64,000 nucleotides of DNA from a virus (taxonomy: Duplodnaviria; Caudoviricetes), in the IMG/VR virus record IMGVR_UViG_3300028888_000055; one strand, given 5' to 3'. Positions within the stretch are counted from its first letter, which is position 1. Each line of letters begins with the position of its first letter. Positions 61,858-64,000 of this stretch are shown here, piece after piece. The position numbers and the translations under genes were made by a program. The notes under the pieces were generated by a model. That model searched no databases, was not told the origin of the DNA, and saw only the letters and a program-made list of their open reading frames with translations.

Positions 61858-62478
61858 TTATTTTTTCAAAAGAATCTCTTTTATAGAATACTTCGGGTTA
61901 ATTCTATTACAATCAATATCAACACCATCAATTTTCTTTATAGCATATTGTTCTATAACATGATTACATAAAGGAGTGATTGGAGTTTTATTACTTAACC
62001 ATATCCTACATCCTTTTATTGCAGAATGATATGTAAGCATATATTGATAATTAATATAGATTATTGGTTTAACACCATAATATTTCTCACACTCTGAAAT
62101 AAATTCTATGATATTATATTTGTTAATTCCAGATATTTCAATATCCAGTGCAGGAATTAAATCAATATCTTTTTTAACAATATTTTTATAATGTTCAAAT
62201 TGGCTCTTTCCAGAACAATCATTACACATGAAATGATAGGCTCCAACTTTAAGATTATGCTGTCTAGCTGTAATTTTATATTTAATGTATCTTTTATCCT
62301 TGAAGGTGGAGCCTTCACTAGCTTTTAAATATACAAATTGACTTTTTGATAATGTCTTCCAATTTAAATTCCTATTATGACTTGATAAATCATAACCATC
62401 AGGAATATCGGCATTAGAAGAACTTAGTAGAAAAACAGAGAGTATTAAACATAATATAGTAACAATTTTAAATTTCAT
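61858..62478 (-). CDS. GH25 muramidase (endolysin-like) with N-terminal signal/anchor
   Basis: GYDLSSHN, YLKASEG, GAYHF, PALDIE; hydrophobic N-terminus; contains no TAG. Confidence 0.9.
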   Translation of the reverse strand: MKFKIVTILCLILSVFLLSSSNADIPDGYDLSSHNRNLNWKTLSKSQFVYLKASEGSTFKDKRYIKYKITARQHNLKVGAYHFMCNDCSGKSQFEHYKNIVKKDIDLIPALDIEISGINKYNIIEFISECEKYYGVKPIIYINYQYMLTYHSAIKGCRIWLSNKTPITPLCNHVIEQYAIKKIDGVDIDCNRINPKYSIKEILLKK

Positions 62479-63998
62479 TTATTAAAAAAATTTTTGTCTC
62501 GAACATATTTATCATTTAATACTTCTACTTTCTACCAATTATGCTGTGGACCATAATGCCATACAAACTTTAAGGCATCTTCATATGGGATTTGCTATCC
62601 ATTTTTATTTATTAACTTCTAAGTTTTTAAAACATTATAATCACCAGCTAATTTAATTAATGCCGCCAGGGTTGCTTTATCATTATTTTTTATTATATCG
62701 CTTTTACTAACTTTATACTTATTAAACATGTTTTTATAAATAGGATCATTCACAAATGTATCATACTTCATTTGATAAGGTCCAACAGATAATGGAGATT
62801 CTTCTCCGCGCTTTATTCTTTTAGCCACATTAAATAAATCTTCTGCTGCTTCTGGACCTGCCATAGTAATAATAGAATTTCTAAAATTATAATCAAAGCC
62901 CTTTCCATTAGTAGATTCTCTTTTAGCAATATGTGGAAGAACCCTTTGTATTAAATCGAATTCTTTTGGACTGAGATTAAATTCCTTAGATATAATATCT
63001 CTATAATTATTACTAGTATCATATACATTGCCTTCTCTAAGTAAATTAGATTTCAATGTTGACGCTGTATCTCTAACATGTTTATTAGTTAAAACTTTAT
63101 GAGCTGCTATACCAACATTAACAGGATTAAGAGGACCTAAAAGTAATCCCCATTGAGCTCTTGGAATTAATTTACCACCAGAATAAAAATGAGGACCAAT
63201 ATAAGGAGAACTAATATCATACTAAAAGAAATTAGATCTAGCTCTCTTTTCTTCTTCTTCCTTTTTCATCTCTGGTATAGATTTGTCTTTAATCTTACCA
63301 GCATCTGCTATACCTATAATTCCATAGAGATTTGTATCTCCCATTAATTTGCTTGCTGGTTCCTCCTTTTTTCTACCTTTAATATTATGAGTAACCATCC
63401 ATCCTCTTTTAGGATCATAGTATAATAGACCCTCGTGTGAGCCAGGTGTTTGATTTTTTATACCTTTATCATAATAGGACAAAAGAGAATCACTAGCATT
63501 TGTTCTATTCTATCCAAAATACATATTTACAGTATAAACATGTGTTTTATCTAAGTTATTCACATTTACCTTGCTAGCAACATTTCTAGCTGCTCTGTGA
63601 TGCATACTTAATATACTATCAGTACGTTCTGCTTCTGGCAAACCACTTACATTCTATTCTTCTGATTTAATATCAGAATATCCATTATAAATATTTTTAA
63701 AGAGTTTATTAACTTCATAAGCATTTCCCCAACTTTCAATACCATTATCTTCAAGTACTTTGTTTACATAAGCAGCACAATGTGGTGTAAACTCTCCTTG
63801 CCTATTTAATGGTTTATTGGGAAGACGCAATAAAGCTTCTTGTCTTGCTTCTTCACTTAAACCTGCCTATTTAAAGAAATCATCAAAAGAATTTACTACT
63901 TTATCTTGTTTATAAGCAGCTTCAGTTAAAGGGCCCCATCTACCATCAATGATGCCTTTATATAAACCTTTGCTTTTTAAATATTTTTGCATTCTTAT
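62475..63998 (-). CDS. TAG-recoded multidomain peptidoglycan hydrolase (PG-binding, CHAP/NlpC-like and lysozyme-like domains), 5' truncated
   Basis: MQKYLKSKGLYKGIIDGRWGPLTEAA (PG_binding_1); HCAAYVN..WGNAY..SHEGLL (Cys/His amidase); AKRESTNG..SVGPYQMK (lysozyme-like). TGA overlaps the GH25 ATG. Confidence 0.8.
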
Positions 63999-64000
63999 CA

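Noticed and set aside
11489-61971. Numerous + strand ORFs opposite the minus-strand genes, and minus-strand ORFs 2323, 4075 and 7419
   Set aside because: Antisense shadows of well-supported genes, with no recognisable motifs.

Overview
This 64 kb AT-rich window is part of a Crassvirales (crAss-like) phage genome that probably infects gut or rumen Bacteroidales, possibly Prevotella-like hosts. It uses a split genetic code. Late/virion genes read TAG as Gln (code 15), so the supplied ORF track shatters them. Almost all early/replication genes avoid TAG both as sense and as stop. Layout: (1) 1-10916 (+) holds four giant TAG-recoded virion/ejection-type proteins with ART-like, SLOG, ASCH, zincin and PD-(D/E)xK domains, followed by a bidirectional terminator. 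(2) 10980-38614 (-) holds the replication, nucleotide-metabolism and host-takeover block: PolA, class II RNR, ThyX, dUTPase, primase, DnaB-like and SF2 helicases, SSB, resolvase, RNase H, ferritin, Hsp20 and OmpA. (3) 38668-64000 (-) is a mosaic of TAG-recoded islands, a MoxR/VWA pair, small accessory ORFs, an RNA cluster and peptidoglycan hydrolases. The RNA cluster includes tRNAs for Arg, Gly, Met and Ile2, a tRNA-Leu(UAA) with a 574-nt group I intron, tmRNA and unexplained structured RNAs. Most notable: (a) tRNA-like folds nested inside the group I intron; (b) an anticodon-less tRNA-like RNA; (c) single-TAG 'gates' in the otherwise TAG-free replication block, including a leader ORF whose read-through would unfold a hairpin sequestering the TTG start of a replication gene; (d) N- and C-terminal cysteines on consecutive giant proteins. 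No CUA suppressor tRNA was found in this window. All family calls come from motif recognition by eye, with no database search.
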